Of a DNA stretch of 64,000 nt, positions 1-13,329 are shown one piece after another. The number at the start of each line of letters is the position of its first letter. Within the stretch, counting starts at the first letter, position 1. Below the pieces are notes generated by a model. It saw nothing but the letters and a program-made list of their open reading frames with translations. It did no database searches and had not been told where the DNA came from. The translations under genes and the position numbers were made by a program. Source of the DNA: Scyliorhinus canicula (Eukaryota); contig NC_052149.1 in NCBI RefSeq assembly GCF_902713615.1, positions 63,229,443 through 63,293,442 of the forward strand, written 5' to 3'.

Positions 1-66
1 TGCTAGAACCTCCAACTTCTGCACCAAGTCTGTGGTGTTCTTTGTGATTCTTGTTGTCAGGATGGT

Positions 67-764
67 TGTTGTAGTGTTCACAAAGACCACAGAAGCTAAG
101 TTCATTAACAGAGCGAACATTTATTTGCACTACTTGATGTGTTGGCTTGTGTAGGCTTGAGAGATGAACAGACACTTCCAACACTGATGAACGTTCAACT
201 CAATTTTATTAACTACTTCTAACTAACTAACACACGATGACTGTGGGTCTAAAGAATGCTAACTTGAACTAGAGACCTAAGCCTTGTCCGAACCAGTTGA
301 TTCTCGCAGCACGTGTTGTGAGTCCGTGCTGGGCTGAATAGGTTCCTGTTACACTCAGAGGCAGCACCCAGAATGAGCGGGAACTGTGGTGCCCTCTGCC
401 TTTATAGTGTGTGTGTTCTAACTGGTGATTGGCTGCGGTGTTTGTACATGTTGATTGGTCCCTGTGTGTGTCCATCAGTGTGTGTCTGCACCATGATATA
501 TTGGTATATATTATGTCACTACTTAATTAAACTCAACCACTTACTCCTATAGTAAACAATAATCTAATAATCTACAATCTACACTCAACTAACACAAGTC
601 TCTATCTATAACTGTACTATACTCTCTATCACTGTCTCTCTAGCTCTCCTCCAGCTCGCTCCCAGAAGGCTGTGAGTCAATGCTTTATATAGCTCCATCT
701 AGTGGCTAATTATGATATGACATTAACCCTTTATATTCTGAACATTTCCCATAATGTCACAACA
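67..764 (-). mobile_element. Probable solo LTR, interrupted by a second solo LTR
   Basis: TGTTGT...ACAACA inverted termini; sequence is continuous across the 135-518 insertion; no TSD found. Confidence 0.45.
135..518 (-). mobile_element. Solo LTR (Gypsy-like)
   Basis: TG...CA termini; perfect 5-bp TSD CTACT (130-134, 519-523); AATAAA and TATAAA on the minus strand. Confidence 0.8.
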
Positions 765-789
765 CCAACATTGATATATGTCACTGTTC

Positions 790-945
790 TTTCATCGCCG
801 CTCGGTTAAAATCCTGGAACTTCCTATTGTGGGAGTATGTCCAACAGTTCAAGATTAAACCTTACTACCAGCATCTCAAAGGGATCTAGTGGTGTGCAGT
901 GAATACTTGCCACCGACACCCACATTCTGAGGATTAATTTTAAAA
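790..945 (+). mobile_element. Decayed 3' end of a CR1-group LINE
   Basis: aaaatcctggaact...gacacccacatt...aaaaa resembles the tail of the SINE at 19268-19620. Confidence 0.4.
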
Positions 946-1587
946 AGCAGTCAGAAAAATGGAGACAGCGAGGAGGTTGACAGAGGTGATGGAGAGATAA
1001 AAGCTGACCCGAACAAGTGACAAGGCTCCAACAGGAAATTGTACATTTCCATATCAACATTTTGAGAAGTTATGGGGATAAAATACATCCAGGTTCACTG
1101 CAGTAATCTCAGCCATTAGATATATAGATATATACTGACAATCACCATAATAAGAAACAGATGTTGCAATATGCAAACTAATACTGCACTTGTGCAGAGT
1201 GTTTTAATTATTTTTAATAATAAACATTGTGTGTGAATGAATCACAATTCCAGCATTAAAGTTAAAGACAACATGGGATGCCATGAAAGTGATGAAACAA
1301 GAGGTATACTCAATTCAGTGGTTTAGATATAGTTAATATAATATTGAAGCCTGTAGTTAATGAAACAGAGATAATTGTGTGCTTGCAAATTGTAATGTGG
1401 TTCAATTGAATCCTGCACAGTTTAGCTAATGATAATGCAGTCTTTCTCTTTGATATGCTTTCAATACATTAGCGTTATTTGTTATTATAAGGCTTTAGTT
1501 TTGATTTATTGTTAGAACACCTGGCCATTTTAATCTATAATTATATCGTTAAAATCCATGGGCCGGATTCGCCGTTTCTGTGACTGA

Positions 1588-2208
1588 GGGCTGGATTCTC
1601 CGATTTTGAGGCTATGTCCGGAGTATGTGTCTAGTATTACAATCAAAAAGCCGGCGGCACTCCCGCACAGATGCTCCACCCAGTGGGGGGCTAGCAGCTG
1701 CGCCACGTAAAACCCCCGGCATTCCCTGCAGATACGGACGGAGAATTGCCATGGCCGAGCATGTGCATTGGTGGTGACCTGCGGTGGTCGCGCCGTACAA
1801 CATGGCGCCGGCTGCGTGCGGACTCAGCCTGCAGGATAGTACCTCCCGTAACCCCCCTTGCCAACCCTGGACCACCCCCCAGCCCTCGCCGTAGCCCCCC
1901 TGACCAGCGGAACAGCACCTCCCGCCGACTGGACTGTCCGCAGCCACCACACGAGGTTGACGAAACATCAGACAACAAGTGATCCACGCCATCGTGAAGT
2001 CAGCCCATCGGGGGCGTAGCATCGGGAGAAGGCCTTCAGGTGATGTCCAGAGGCCACCCCAATGGCATGCGGCGTACTCACCGATGGTGCCATTTTGGAG
2101 GGGGCGGAGCATCCGAAAAACGGCACTGCCCCGATTTCGGTGTCAAAACGGATTCTCTGGCCAATCACTGAATGCGATTTTGGCGTCGGCAATCGGAGAA
2201 TACAACCC
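1588..2208. mobile_element. Harbinger-type MITE nested in a MITE
   Basis: TIRs gggctggattctcc / ggagaatacaaccc; TSD TGA/TAA; the equivalent empty site in the 58221 copy reads TAA. Confidence 0.8.
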
Positions 2209-2528
2209 TAAGCGCTGACGCCAACGGAGAATCCATGAACTTTCATGCCAGAAAAATCGGCGCCACACCTGCACCATCCTGCTACCGGTGAGGGGCTGAT
2301 AGCGGTGCCACGTGGAACACCATCGAAACGCATGGTAAACGGTGCAGGAATCGCCGTGTCCATGATGAACACTCGCAGGGCGGACAAGCAGCAGCCACAT
2401 TTAATCAATACAGCCCCCCCTCCCCCCCACCATACACACTGGTTGTGCTGGAGAGCCCAGATCGCTGATGGGTCAGCTGGGGCCAGAGGACACCGAGGAG
2501 GGTGCCCCGGGGGCATGACCTGTACGAC

Positions 2529-2875
2529 CAGGGCCGGCTCAAGGTACCGGCAACTCGGGCAGTCGCCCGGGTCGCCATGTGCTAGGGGCGCCGCGTAAAA
2601 GACTCGGGTCCCGCGCATGCGCAGTTGGGCCGGTGCCAACCAGCGCATGCGCGGTGGCCGCCCTCCCTCAGGCCGCCCCGCTCAAACATGGCGGATGGAT
2701 CCAGGCTCACCCGTGGTCACTCCGGCGCCCCCCCCTCGGGCTCACTCCGCCCCCCCCCCTCCCGCCCCCTCCCCCCTCTGCCCCCCCCCTCCAGTCGCCC
2801 CCCCTTGCCCCGCCCCCCCGAAGGGCGCCGAAGTTCAGCTTGTCCGGGGCGCCAGCAACCCTAGGGCCGGCGCTG
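2529..2875. mobile_element. hAT-type non-autonomous DNA transposon
   Basis: TIRs cagggccggc / gccggcgctg; perfect 8-bp TSD TGTACGAC (2521-2528, 2876-2883), the length typical of hAT. Confidence 0.85.
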
Positions 2876-3469
2876 TGTACGACCCAGGGCACCAGGTTTA
2901 AATCGGGCTGTCAGCGGCATGCATAGCTGCATGGCATCTGCATGGCTGCGGTAATGGTGTTGCGTATCCGTCTACCCCGACCCCAAAGCCCACCTCCTGG
3001 CCACTCTCCACTACTCCCCCCAGCTCTGGCAGAAGCCCCCCAGCCAGCAGCACAGCTGTTGGCGAACTATGGTGGTGCTGGACACTGTCTGTATGCCCTC
3101 TCTCTCTCAGCAGCCATCACACCAGGATCACGATTTGTGACAGCACACGTGGGCCGCAACATTGGAAATCCGGCCCATCAGAGGCGGAGAATCTCGGGTG
3201 GGCCCACTCATGATATGCGAACGGTGTTTCAACTATGTGCGGCGTGCGCAACATTGACGCCGTTTTCGGGGAGAGACAGCATTGCGATTCGACGCCAAAC
3301 TGGCGCTTGCCAGGATTTCGGCATCGGGAGCTATTCTACGCCCGATTGCACGCCCTGATTTTGACATCGGCCAACGGAGAATCTCACCCCATGTCTTTAT
3401 GTTTCATTACTTTTCTTTGACTTCCTAAGTGCAGAATCACAGACGATTGGTCTGTGTGTTATAAATGTA

Positions 3470-4095
3470 GGGTGCGATTCACCTGAATAATATCTATGTC
3501 TGGGTTTTCTGCACGTGTTTCTCGACGGTTGCTGCACCGAGAAACATCTCGCTCTTCAACATCATTTTGGCCTTGGGGAGTTTCTGTCCGCCGAGGCTGC
3601 ACTCAGAGGGATTTCCTGCTGGCAAGCTTCAGCCTCCCCTCACTCACCCTCTACCTGGTAAGGCTCCCCAGGCCCAGTCCCTGGCATTGCCAACTTGTCA
3701 CCTGGGCACCCTGGCCCTGCCAGCTTGGCACCCTGGCACTTCCCTTGCCAGGCCGGCAGTTCCAAGGTGCCCAGGTGCCAGGGTGCCCTGTTTCCGACCG
3801 GGGGGGGGGGGGGTCTCGAATGGATTGGGAAACCCCCCAGGTGCCATTATGCCTGGTCCACGTTTTCGTGGACCAGTACTAGAAGATGCCCTGGCGATGT
3901 CTCAAAGGTACGGCCTGTGACCGTGCGGCATGAGAATCCGGCATGGCTCATTTAAATATGCTGATCTGGGACACGCCGTTGGATCTTGCGAGACCTTTTG
4001 AATGTTGCAAATCTCACGAGAGTCTCGTCCCAACACCAAGATGGGCTCAATGCGGTCGCTGAATTTCAGGTTGGTGTTTTGAACTGAATGCACTC
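3470..4095. mobile_element. Harbinger-like MITE, second family with TGGCA/TGCCA-rich core
   Basis: Termini gggtgcgattca / tgaatgcactc; similar in opposite orientation to 37489-38346 and 42100-42960. Confidence 0.65.
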
Positions 4096-5757
4096 ATTGC
4101 ATCAAACACTGAGTCGATAAAAGTACCAATTGATGATGTGACTGCACTCAGTTATTGAAATGAGATTTGTTATGCTGGAGGTAAGTTTTGAAATTACAGA
4201 GCTCCTACAATTAATTAGGATTGCAAATTATACCGCGCAACTGTGCAACTGTGTCCAGTGATGTGCACCACATTGAACTTAGTTAAGATTTGTAATTTCA
4301 TGCCTTTATCTCCTTGCAGTATTTTCTACTTTCCCCTTTCTCATTGTCAGTAATTCTTGGTGTGACACAGGCACAGTTGGATCTCCAGAACCTCCTCCAG
4401 ATTGCTGTCTTTTTTATGTGTAACGAGAGTTTCAACCGGTTTTTCAACTTGGGAACAGGGACAGGGAGGTGGTCAGTGACAGGGGGAGGGTAGTGTGGGT
4501 GTGGTAGGGGAGTGTTCTGCGAAAAATTGTGGTTATCACGCAACTTTTAGCCAGCTTCATAGACTGGAGATCAGGAGCAAAAGCTTAATAATGTATTTTC
4601 CCGAACCTAAAGGACCTCATAGCTGCTGTGGTTAAAATATGTCAACTCAGCACAGATCAGGGAATGAAAATAGGCCTGTATAATCTTGTTGACTCAATGT
4701 TGCACTGTGTGGTGCAGTTATTATTTGGATATTGAGACATTGCCCATTCCAGATTAATTTGTGTGCCTGGAATTTGTTTGCAGCTTCATCTGAGCAGCTG
4801 CCACAACTCTAGTGGAAGATCAGTGGTGTTCTGGTTGGATGTGCAAATTGCGTTTCAAACTGATAGATAAGTCAAGAGGACATTCCCACTGATTAATTTG
4901 AATATCTCACTAAAAGTGCATCATTTTGTATTAGCTACCCCTATTTCGTTAAGAATAGATGCAATGTTTGCATTTGATAATGAGAAGTTACCTGAAGACA
5001 ATGGCCCCGAAGTTCCTTTTGGCATAATAGAAGTTTTGTTAGGGTCACACCCACCAAAGACTTCTGGTGCTGATCTGGCTGGTGTTTCAGAGAGGCACTT
5101 AATCAACAGAGAAAATGAGCTGTAAATATGGGAGCCACTAGAGGTTTATTTTTAACACTCAGGTGTCTCATACAGCTGGAGAATCAGGCACCTGTACATC
5201 AATTGGTGGGTTGCCCAGACTCTGACCATGACCACCCTTAGTACAGGCCTAAATAAGAATTTTCTTTTAAAAATGACACCTTTTTTGAAAGGGCCCACGT
5301 TCACTTATCTGGAGGCTGCAATGTCTCATCAATCAGTATATGGCCTTCAAAGATAAAATAGTTCCTGACTGGTACAAACAAATGACAGTCCTTGCATAAG
5401 GGAGGTTCTGCCTCGCATAAGCTCTCAAAACTGGCAGAAACCCAATCCAACCTGTTAACAGTCAGGACGTAAAATACCAGGGGTACAATGTCAACTGTGC
5501 AAGTACAGTGGAGTGGAACTTCCAGCTGCTCAAATTCACAGATGCAGACCCCATTCCAAATTCTGTAGTTGGTATCATTTAAATGGCCAGGATGTGTTTT
5601 GCGGCCCGTGACAACAATTCTGAAGTGCCACCCCTGATGCCTTGGTTGCAATATCACAGCGATGCCATGCAGTTCCGATATTATAGTGGGAATCTGCGAA
5701 TCAACCTATAAAAAGGTAAATGAGGTTCCTTGTGGAACTAGCTGGACCATTTTTGGC

Positions 5758-5965
5758 AGAACATGACATAAGAACATAAGAACTAGGAGCAGGAGGTGAC
5801 AATTCAGCCCATCGAGCCCCGCTCCGCCATTCACTACGATCATGGCTGATCTCCTCCACTTTCCTGCCCATTCTCCATAACCCTTCAACCCATTAATAAT
5901 TAAAAATCTGTCTATTGCCTCCTGCAATTTACTCAATGTCCCCGCATCCACCGCACTCTGGAGTG
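5758..5965 (-). mobile_element. CR1 LINE 3' end
   Basis: (agaacata)n tail followed by ggagcaggagg...cattcagccc-like 3' UTR, shared with the other CR1 copies. Confidence 0.75.
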
Positions 5966-6963
5966 GATACCAGCAGGTAATGGATCCTTCTATGGTCAAT
6001 CACATTTGGCTTCTAGACTTTTGATCTTCACTGGGACATACGCTACTGCTCATTTGGCCCACATTTCCCTAAATCCTGCCAAGTGTGTATTGGGAATTTC
6101 CCATCAAGCTTGGGAACTCCCTGACATGCTCTCCCGGCAATGAGGGAAGTGGGGGGAAGATTTGTCTTCCCCTCATTGGATTACCTAGCCAGTGCAAATG
6201 GGGAAGAAACCAAGTTCTTGGCCAAAACTTGGGTGGAAAACTTTTTTTCTGTCCTTCCATAATGCAGGACTTCTGGTGGTTCAGTGTTTCATTCACAGGT
6301 ATAAAATTCACAGGTGGAATACTGCAGGAAGATTCACATTGCAAGTTGTTAACTTAAGGTGAAATAAAACTGGAGAGGGAAAAAAGAAAAACAAGCTTGG
6401 TAGCTGTGATTTAATTCAGAGAATGTTCTGAATTCAGTAGCATGCTATGGTTCCATAGCTTCTGCTGATTCTGGCTGACCAAATCCCGCATTTCACAAAC
6501 AATCATGCTTGTAAATGTTGCATGTGGAAAAAAACCATAAGCTGCAAAGACCATTCAGTGCTGTAAGGGTTAACAGGAACTGCATGAAATGCTCTGTATG
6601 AATATTTGATTCTCTTAAATGGTCTAAAAATGCTGAGATACCAGTAATCATGAGCTGTTCCAGCTGTGGTGTATGGTATCAAACACAGGTGCAATTCATG
6701 TACGGAGTTTCAGATAATTGACCACAGGAATCCAAGAAAATTCTTGTGTGGACTGACAGCTAATGACACTGCCCCTTAGTTCACTTGAATGAAAATGTAA
6801 TATTGACTTTGAAGTCTAAGTGTCCAAATCAAATTGTCGTTCAACTCTTTGTTGAAGGAATCACCGACTATTTGTAAGAGTATGGCCAATTAGACATTAT
6901 TGAAGAAAGCAGTTATTGATAATCTGAATGTGCTCCACGTTGTCCTCAATGAAGAGGATAAAA

Positions 6964-7477
6964 TACATAGAAACATACATAGGAAAAAAAAGCAGGAGGA
7001 GGACATTCGGCCCTTCGAGCCTGCTCTGCTATTCATTATGATCATGGCTGATCATCAAGTTCAATACCCTGATACCGCCTTCCTCCGTACCCCTTGATCC
7101 CTTTAGCCCCAAGAGCTATATCTAATTCCTTCTTGAAATTACACAATGTTTTCACCTCAACTACTTTCTGTGGGAGTGATTCCACAGATTCACCACTCTC
7201 TGAGTGAAGAAATTGCTTCTCACCTTAGTCCTAAAAGGTTTACCCTTATTCTCAAATTATGATCCTTATTTCTGGACTCCCCCACCATCGGGAACATTCT
7301 TTTTGAATCTACCCTGTCTAACCCTATTAGAATTTTATAGGTTTCTATGAGATTGCCCTCTCTCTTCGAAACTCCAATGAATATGGTCCTTGCCGATTGA
7401 GTCTCTCCCCATATAACAGTCCCACCGTCCCAGGAATCAGCCTGGTAAACCTTTGCTGCACTCTCTGCATTGCAAGA
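6964..7477 (-). mobile_element. CR1 LINE, 5'-truncated
   Basis: Minus-strand translation RVQQRFTRLIPG...YGERL and GNLIETYKILIGLDRVD (CR1 ORF2 C-terminus) plus 3' tail. Confidence 0.85.
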
Positions 7478-10400
7478 TGTCCGGATAAGGACCCACTCCC
7501 ATACACCCACGATACTAAAACCAATGGCAGTTGGTGTATTATCAAGGAGAAACAGAGAGACTGAGTATAGATTTCCTAGTTCCTTCAGGAACAAGGAGGA
7601 TGTGAGACAAGGGTTGACTGGAGTAGGGGTGACAAAGTAGATGAGGTGGGAAGGAAAAGTAAAATGGTAATTAGTGTTCTGATCTGAATATTAGATCATG
7701 GATGTATTCTCATCTCCCTCACTGGCCTGATAGGAGAAGTATTTAAGCAAGATAAATTAAACTTCAGTTAATTCATATATCGATGTTCTTGATACATTTT
7801 GGGTGATCATCTGAACTGTAGAAATGGCACAGCAATGGAATTAAATAACAGTGCCACCTTCAGCAAAATAATCTACACTTCCTTTGAAACTAGTGCAGAA
7901 ATTGGGAATCTGTTGAAAACTTCCAAAGAATTATTGCCCTTTGTGGAAAACTGTTTTATAGAAATTCCTCCACAATGGTGGAAGGCTCATATGATTTGTT
8001 CTTACTTTGAGTGAAAGATCAAGCGTAACATGCAATTAATGTTCTCAACTTCCATTTATTCAATAAGAATAATTTTCTAATTTCGTGCTCCTGACAGTGG
8101 GCAGTGTTCTCCCTGTGACTGGAAAGTTGCAAAATTTGTATTCACTTCTAAGTGCATTCCTGGACATTAAATGTGCAATGGATCTTTATGTAATAATTAA
8201 TGTTAAAAAAGGTCAGAATAGTGGAAGCAGGAAAGAAGCCATAACAAACCCCAAACGGACCTTTATAATTCGCATTGTCATGATCACTCACCAAATTATT
8301 AAAATTTGTTCGGAACAATTATTTCTTGTTTTAATTTTTGTTGCTTATACTGGAGAAGGTTAAAAATAAGAATACTCACACAATAGCCACTCTTGCAACC
8401 TTAAAGTTTGGCCTTGCATTGGCCAGAACTGTTCCCGAGGAAGCAGGGTGGGTTGCAAGGAGGCAAGATAAATTGCGGGGAACTGGCTCCCGCATTCAGT
8501 TGTGCTGCTGGGGCATTTTACCCACTGGAAGCAGACAATGAGGCGAGCAGCCAGTTTGCATAATTAAGGGCCCAAATATGAGCCATTTAATGATGCTGTC
8601 AGCATTTTACTGGCAGTGGACCGACACCACGCCCACCATCTCACCATGTGAGAAGGCTGCCAGCTAAATGTAGGTGGCTTCCCAGCAACAACCCAGGTGG
8701 GAAAGTTTGATAAAACAGAGAAGACCGTGGGCAGGGAAGGCAAGCCCAGTGGCTCTAATGTTATCCCCAGAGGGCTTTCCCCTCAGCATTCAGCCAAGTC
8801 ATTTTTTCAAAAAGCTTTCCAGCCTTAACGCTGCCTTCCTCACCACCCCTGTTGGCGTTACTAAAACTACTGAGCTGCTAGCCCTCTGACTGGGCTTGGG
8901 GATGGAGCATTTGTTCTTGATAGAACATCAGCCCTGGAAAAATGTGGCAATGGGTTCTCCTGCGTGCCAAAGCAGAGTCTCATTCCTCTCCTATCCCACT
9001 TCCCGCATCCGGAAAATCCCAGCGTCATTGCTTTCCTTACATCGTTGCCATGTCTTCATGGGCATCCGTATTGATTGCCATCCATCTTCATTGGTGTGTG
9101 CGTAATCACTGCCTGTTGCCATCATCGTGCACAGCTCCCTTCTGGTAACGCTGGGTCCTTTGACCCCATCAGCATCATTGTTAAGGAGGTTGTTTGTACT
9201 GTATTCAAGGCAACAATGATTGAACAAAAAATACTCAGAAACATAAGCCAGAAATGCCAAGTAATTGCTGGCAGTGTGCCTGCTGCTGCACAGAAAGCAG
9301 GAAAATCCAACAGCCTAGCAGTGAAATTGAATGTTTTAAAAGGTCTGATGGCTGGTCAGTAAATCTAATTTGAATTTACACAGGAATTATTTTATAATTA
9401 ATGATTTATGTTAGTGGAAGTTATTTTATATAGGAATGCACAGTGTTGCACATGTATGGTATACATTGGATGTGATTGACCGGCCTTGTTGCGCCCGACT
9501 TGGTGACGTGGTAAGGCCTTTGACTCTCGAAAGAGGCCTCTCGTGAAATTCGCAACGCTTGAGACGTCTCACAAAATTCAATCAAACCTCGTGAGACGTC
9601 GCGATCTGGATCTCGCCCGCGCCTGGTGTCGATAGGGCCCAGAGGTTCACTTTGGGAGGGAGGGGCTGGTGATTCGAGACACGGCTGCCCATGCATCATC
9701 TGGCTCTACCAGCCCTGATGGATCCCCAATGTCTGTAGCACAGTGCCGACACCCTCAGTGATGTTTCTCAATGACTGGGACGTGCTCTGGAGGGCCTCAG
9801 CAATTCCCACCTGAGACTGGGACACCCTATCAAGATCAGTCTGTTACTGGGTCATGTCACCCAGTGACTGGGACACACTGTCGAGGCGCGCAGGCATGGC
9901 CGTCACTGACTGAGCCACGCCTCAGACACTTACACTCATGCTTTTGACATTGTGTACCAGGCTCTTTACTACTGTTGCTAAACTAGCAGTGTTGGCCCAT
10001 CTCCTGCGCCCGTAACCTTTGGGACTCCTCCAATCGTCTATGGACCTGCTGGAGAGTCGCTGAAATCACCTTCTGAGTGTCACGGCTGCATTCTATCGTC
10101 TGCATCAGCTCCACGTAAACCTGGTCCAGAGGCTCAGCATCTGACTGGGACCTCCGACTGCTGTCTCATCTGGGCATTCCTTCCTCCACCTGATGTGCAT
10201 CCGCAGCTATGTGGTGCTCACCAGAATGTGCCAAGAACCCTGACCACTACCATTGCCAACTGAGGTGTGTGAATCTGTGCTGGTGGAGGGTGGGGATGAC
10301 AGCTGTGACACTTATACGGTGGTTTCCTCGTAGCTGCCATCAGAGGTGTTCTCATGGGAAGCATGGGGGAATGGATGGGCCATTGCTGTCGGGGGGAGGG

Positions 10401-10875
10401 GCTCAGAAAGAGGATTTGGCAGGGGAGGGTTCGGGGAGTATGGGGGGGTTATGGCGGTTTGGGTAGCAATGCTGGACATGGGTGGGCTGGGGCACAGAAC
10501 GGTGCTGGGCAGGAGCAGTGCCAGGCTCATACTCATCGTGGGGAGGGAGAATCAGAAGTCCGGTGCCAACTAACCTGTGCGGCCCGGTGGAGGTCATTGA
10601 TCTCCTTGCGGCACTAGATGCCAGTCCTTGTGGTTGTGGTGATATGCAAAAGCAGTTGTATATGTAAATATGTTGGACCTCCGACAACTAAGTGGCAGGC
10701 AAGTTATATTGTGTGACACTGCAACCTAGGGGGAATTTGTTGAAGAAGTCATTGTGATTAGTTGTGTTTGTGATTGTTCCAGTTTGTTAGTATTAGTTTC
10801 CACCCCACAGTTTGTTATACAATAATAAATTTGGCTAGTGTAGAACTTGATGTTCTTTGATGCGCTGACTCAATC

Positions 10876-11040
10876 ATTTTTTAAAAATAAATTTAGAGTG
10901 CCCAATTCATTTTTTCCAATTAAGGGGCAATTTAGCGTGGCCAATTCACCTACCCTGCACATCTTTGGGTTGGGGGGGGGAAAAACCCACGCAAACACGG
11001 GGAGAATGTGCAAACTCCACATGGACAGTGACCAAGAGCC
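10876..11040 (-). mobile_element. V-SINE (A-tailed type), 5'-truncated, inside the 5' LTR
   Basis: V-domain core; TSD approximately gc.ct.actcaatc. Confidence 0.85.
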
Positions 11041-11139
11041 GCACTAACTCAATCGTTGTCCATGTACTAGAACATAACATGGTGCCAGAAGTGGTGATCT
11101 ACAAGCTGAATATCAGAAGTGTGAACATTTGAAGGACAC

Positions 11140-11719
11140 AGGCTAGATCCTCTGATCCTCAACGCCCAAATAGCGTTCGGCGACGTGGCAGAGAATCAGT
11201 TTTGGTGCCAAAATTGGGTGAGCGCCGGTTTTTGAATTCTCTGCCCAATTACCCACGCCGTCAAGCTATTGCCTGAGGCCCGCCCCACGATGCTCTGTCC
11301 CCAACTGGCTGAATATCCGATGGTGTGGGACTCTCATGGTCTCACCTGTTCGGGAACCTCGCATGGCGGGTGCGGACTCAGTCCAGGGCCGCCACAGTCG
11401 GGGGATGGCCAATCTGCGGGAAGAGGTGCTTAATTCGGGGATGGGGGCACTGTGGGCAGGCAGTCCGGGGCGCAGAAATGGCCGAAGGGGGGCACTACTT
11501 CTGCGGTCCTGGTCCGCAAGCTGAGTCCATGGAGAACGGCGCGGCCGCTGCAGGCCACCGATATGCACATGCGCTGCCTCAGAACCGGAAGTGCTGAGGG
11601 CCTACGCTGAGGCGAGCTCTACGCTGCCTCCCTACTAACCCCCAGCAAAATGGGGAATTGGTGACCTAGCGTAAAAGACCAAAGTTTTCACGCCGTTTTC
11701 AAAACGGAGAATCCAGCCC
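11140..11719. mobile_element. Harbinger-type MITE in the Gypsy leader
   Basis: Termini aggctagatcctct / ggagaatccagccc; similar to 39525-40365 in opposite orientation. Confidence 0.75.
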
Positions 11720-12713
11720 AGAGTCTTCAAATTCAGACACGGTGCTACAAAAAACCAAACAGGGAACATTGAAAGAAATCTCTGAAAATGCTAAACTGGT
11801 TAATAAAAAGAATATGGAAAATTTGAAACCGCCTCAGTATTTTCGAGTAACTGGTATGTAGATGGCAATTGGCATGCATTTAAGCAACTGTTCACGTTGT
11901 ATGTGGCAGCCTTAGGATTACAAGTTCAGCCAGATGAACGAGCATTATTGCTAACTGTAGCAGGTCCCCAGGCGTTAGAGATTTGCAACACATTTGTTTT
12001 TGAATGAGAGGAAGATGGCAAAAGATTCGATGCCATCATTGAGAAGTTTGCTGAGCATTGTACTCTGAAAAAGAATGAAACTTTTGAGTGGTACATATTC
12101 AGAACATGCCCGCAGAAGATGGGCGAGTCCTTTGATAGCTTTTTTACCGACCTCAAGTTGAAAGCACAAACTTGTAACTTTGCGATGTTAGAATCCTCGA
12201 TGATTCGAGATCAGATTGTCTTTGGAATTACTAATGATAAGGTGCATGAATGTCTCTTACAGGAGAATGAGCTTCAGTTAGAAAACGCAATTAATATTTG
12301 CCATGTGAGTGAATTAGCTGCGCAACATGTAAACACATTGAATGCACAGAGTTTTGGCGCAAAAATTGGGAGTGATACTGACACCACTGATGTTGTAATG
12401 CACTTGAAAGTAAAACATGGTCTCAGCAGAGGTGGCCATTGTAAACGCTTGCTGGAAGCAGCCATTACATGTAAAAGATGTGGAAGCAGATGCCTACTGA
12501 GGCAATGTCCAGCATCTGTAAAAATTGGCACGAACTGCAAATGCAAAAAACATTTTGCCAATCAATGTTTTACAAACAAGAAAGTTAATCGTGTTTTACC
12601 TTTCACCTACAAGATTAAACTCAAAAATGATGCTCAACCAGTGATACCCGCTCTGAGAAGAGTTCCAGCACCATTACGTGACCGTCGAAAAGCTGAATTA
12701 GACCGAATGACTA

Positions 12714-12904
12714 ATTTTTTTTTGTTTCATAAATTTAGAGTACCCAATTATTTTTTTTACCAATTCAGGGGCAATTTAGAGTGGCCAATCCACCTAACCA
12801 TTTGGATTGTGGGGTGAAGCCCATGCAGACATGGGGAGAATGTGCAAACTCCACACGGACAGTGACCCAGGGCCGGGATTCGAACCCAGGTCCTCAGCGC
12901 CGCC
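12714..12904 (-). mobile_element. V-SINE (A-tailed type) in Gypsy pol
   Basis: V-domain core; TSD gaatgac. Confidence 0.85.
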
Positions 12905-13329
12905 AGAATGACAAAAAGAGTTTGATCAAAAAGATTGAAGAGCCAACAGATTGGATCAATTCGATGGTGTGTGTTAAAAAACAAAATAATAAGCTCAGGA
13001 TATGCATGGATCCTGAAGACCTCAATGAAAACATAATAAGGGAGCATGATCCAAAACCTAAGCAAGTGAAGATCACGAGTGAGATGACAGGTGCGACATA
13101 GTTTAGCAAACTTGTTGCTTCGCAGGGATCCTCGTAACTTAAGTGAGATGAAGAGAGTACTAAATAAGTACTGTACATTCAATACTCCGTTTGGTAGATA
13201 TTTCTTTCTTTGTATGCCCTTTGGCATAATCTCAGCATTAGAAATTTTCCATGATGCAATGGAACACATTGTTGAAGGCATTCAAGGTGTTCGAATATAT
13301 ATCGATAACATCATCATTTGGGGTTCCAG

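Larger units (their letters stand above)
1560..3389. mobile_element. PIF/Harbinger-derived MITE hosting two nested insertions
   Basis: TIRs gggccggattcgcc / ggagaatctcaccc; TSD CAT; body aligns by eye with 50036-55428 and 58221-58987. Confidence 0.8.
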
